In this document: in pieces, positions 62,076 through 64,000 of the stretch | Position numbering within the stretch: the first letter of the stretch is position 1 | Layout: each line of letters starts with the position of its first letter | Source: Squalus acanthias | Taxonomy: Eukaryota | Reading direction: 5' to 3' | Assembly (NCBI GenBank): GCA_030390025.1 | Contig: CM059432.1 | Location: forward strand, 21,950,001 to 22,014,000 | Length of the DNA stretch: 64,000 nt | Notes under the pieces: model-generated | Database searches by the model: none | The model's input: the letters and a program-made list of their open reading frames with translations, nothing else | What the model was told of the DNA's origin: nothing | Translations under genes and position numbers: made by a program

Positions 62076-62607
62076 AAGTGGATGTAAAATATTCCATCAT
62101 ACTATTTGGAGAAGAGCAGGGTATTCTCCTGGTATCCTGGCCAATGTACAACCGTCAATATCACCAAAAAAAAAATCTGCTCATTCATTCAGCTGCTGTT
62201 TGTAGGACTTATGTTTGACTACATAACAGTGACTGCACTTCAGAAATAATTTGTCGGCTGTAAAATGCTTTGGAATGATCTGAGGAGGTGAAAGATGCTA
62301 CAGAAATGCTAGTTATTTCTTCTCCTGTCATATGGAGGCAGTTAGATGTTTAATAGTCATTGCGATAGAAGTCAGTGTACCTGACTCTTGACTTTTACGA
62401 CTTATTCTCCCCCCTCTTAGAGAGGCTTATTTATCTTCCAGTTGCCAGTTCTGCTGAAGTTCTGTTTCTAGGTCTGAAACATGAATTCACCTTTCTCTTT
62501 ACAGATGTTGCTTTGCTGTGTATTACAGCTCCTTTGTTTCTTTATTTCTAATTTCCAATATTTTTTTTTCTTTATATCTCATACTGATTACCATTTGTAT
62601 AGTTTTA

Positions 62608-63205
62608 TTACTTGTGGAGGAGTCCAAAACTAGAGGACACAAATATAAGATAGCCACGAATAAATCCAATAAGGAATGCAGGAAAAACTTCTTTACCCAG
62701 AGAATAGTTAGAATGTGGAACTCGCTACAACGTGGAGTAGTTGAGGCGAATAGCATCGATGAACACATGAGGGAGAAAGGAATAGAAGGATATGCTGATA
62801 GGATTCACAGAATCCCCACAGTGCAGATAGAGGCCATTTCGGCCCATCGAGCCTGCACCGACACATATCCCACCCTATCCCTGTAACCCCACGTATTTAA
62901 TCCCCCTAACACTAAGGGTCAATTTATCATAGCCAAATCAACCTAACCCGCACATCTTTGGACTGTGGGAGGAAACCGGAGCACCCGGAGGAAACCCACG
63001 CAGACACGGGGAGAATGTGCAAACTCCACACAGACAGTCACCCGGGGCCGCATTCGAACCCTGGTGCCCCTGGCGCTGTGAGGCAACAGTGCTAACTACT
63101 ATGCCACCGTGTTAGGGTGGGAAGAGGCTCGTGTGGAGCATAAACACCAGCATAGATCAGTTGGGCCAAATGGCCTGTTTCTGTGCTGTAAGTTCGATGT
63201 AATAT
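62608..63205 (+). mobile_element. CR1 3' fragment interrupted by a SINE
   Basis: TRGHKYKI...NFFTQRIVRMWNSL. The 3' UTR resumes at 63111. Confidence 0.85.
62803..63110 (-). mobile_element. HE1-type V-SINE
   Basis: V-domain gggaggaaaccggagcacccggaggaaacccacgcagacacggggagaa, a tRNA head at the right end and a CR1-like tail. Confidence 0.88.
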
Positions 63206-63229
63206 GTTCCAATTCCACTGCATTCTATT

Positions 63230-63520
63230 GGTGGAGGAAATTGCAGCTCATCCAAGAGAACCAGTCTAATAGCCCAGAGGCAGTGGAGGGGTCGAAAGAG
63301 GTGGTGGAGAGGTGGACTTGGGTGTTGTCAGCGTACATATGGATGCTGACCCCCCCCCCCCATGTCTGTGGATGATGTTGTAAAGGAGCGGCATGTAGAT
63401 GAGGAAAAAGGATAGATCCTTGGGGGACTCCAGAGATAGGGGACAGGAAGGAAAGGTGTTGATGGGAGTTATGTTCAGAAAGGTAAGAATGGAACAATGG
63501 AAGCGAGGCGAGGAAGTAGA
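63230..63520 (-). mobile_element. L2-type LINE RT fragment
   Basis: SGVPQGSIL and HMYADNTQ motifs. Confidence 0.75.
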
Positions 63521-64000
63521 GTCAGAAATATTGTTAATCTTAGAATATTAAAGGAACTTGTTTCCAATCAGAAATGAAAATTACTTTTAAAAAATGTATT
63601 TCTGAATATTGAATTTGCAGTTGAAAATCCATTCTTGTCCACATTTGGTGCTCCGTCATCTTTAATTTTCCAGGAAGAATTGAAAAACAATTCCTTCCAA
63701 TCGGGTTTTAGATGCCCTTATTTGCATCTCTGTGTTTAGCTCAATAGTGATTCAGTGCGTTTCCCAGTTAGGCAATCAGTCATTAATTATCCCAATCCAA
63801 GTTGTCAGTGAAATGTCTAGCTGGAGACAAAATATGCAAATTTTATTCTGACAATGATTAGAGGGAGACATCGATGTTGATCTCCAGTCACCTCTAAAAG
63901 ACAAGCTATTCAAATTTGCAATCATTTAAACCACTGGAACTGCGGGAAAGGAAAACCAGGCAAAGGGTTATTTTGAAGTTAGATTTGCAAAAACTTGATA

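Overview
This is eukaryotic, repeat-dense DNA, most likely from a cartilaginous fish (shark). The basis is the repeat set: CR1 LINEs, Deu-domain tRNA SINEs, an HE1/V-SINE, LF-SINE-like copies and Penelope elements. I recognise no intact host gene, and nearly all long ORFs are decayed transposon ORFs. The window holds several PIF/Harbinger DNA transposons, each with a DDE transposase and a convergent, spliced Myb/SANT gene. One is structurally complete (55271-59368, TIRs and AAA TSD), and there are several related MITE families with 3-bp TSDs. Two ~1.4-kb solo LTRs (TG...CA, 4-bp TSD) both lie just upstream of a Harbinger Myb gene. There are also about 20 CR1 fragments (one with a twin-priming-like inversion), a Penelope RT/GIY-YIG copy, Penelope-type terminal repeats with hammerhead-ribozyme cores (including a near-perfect 173-bp palindrome with an 11-bp TSD), an RTEX-like LINE remnant and a 21-bp minisatellite split by a LINE. 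All family names come from motif recognition, not database searches, and boundaries without a TSD are approximate.
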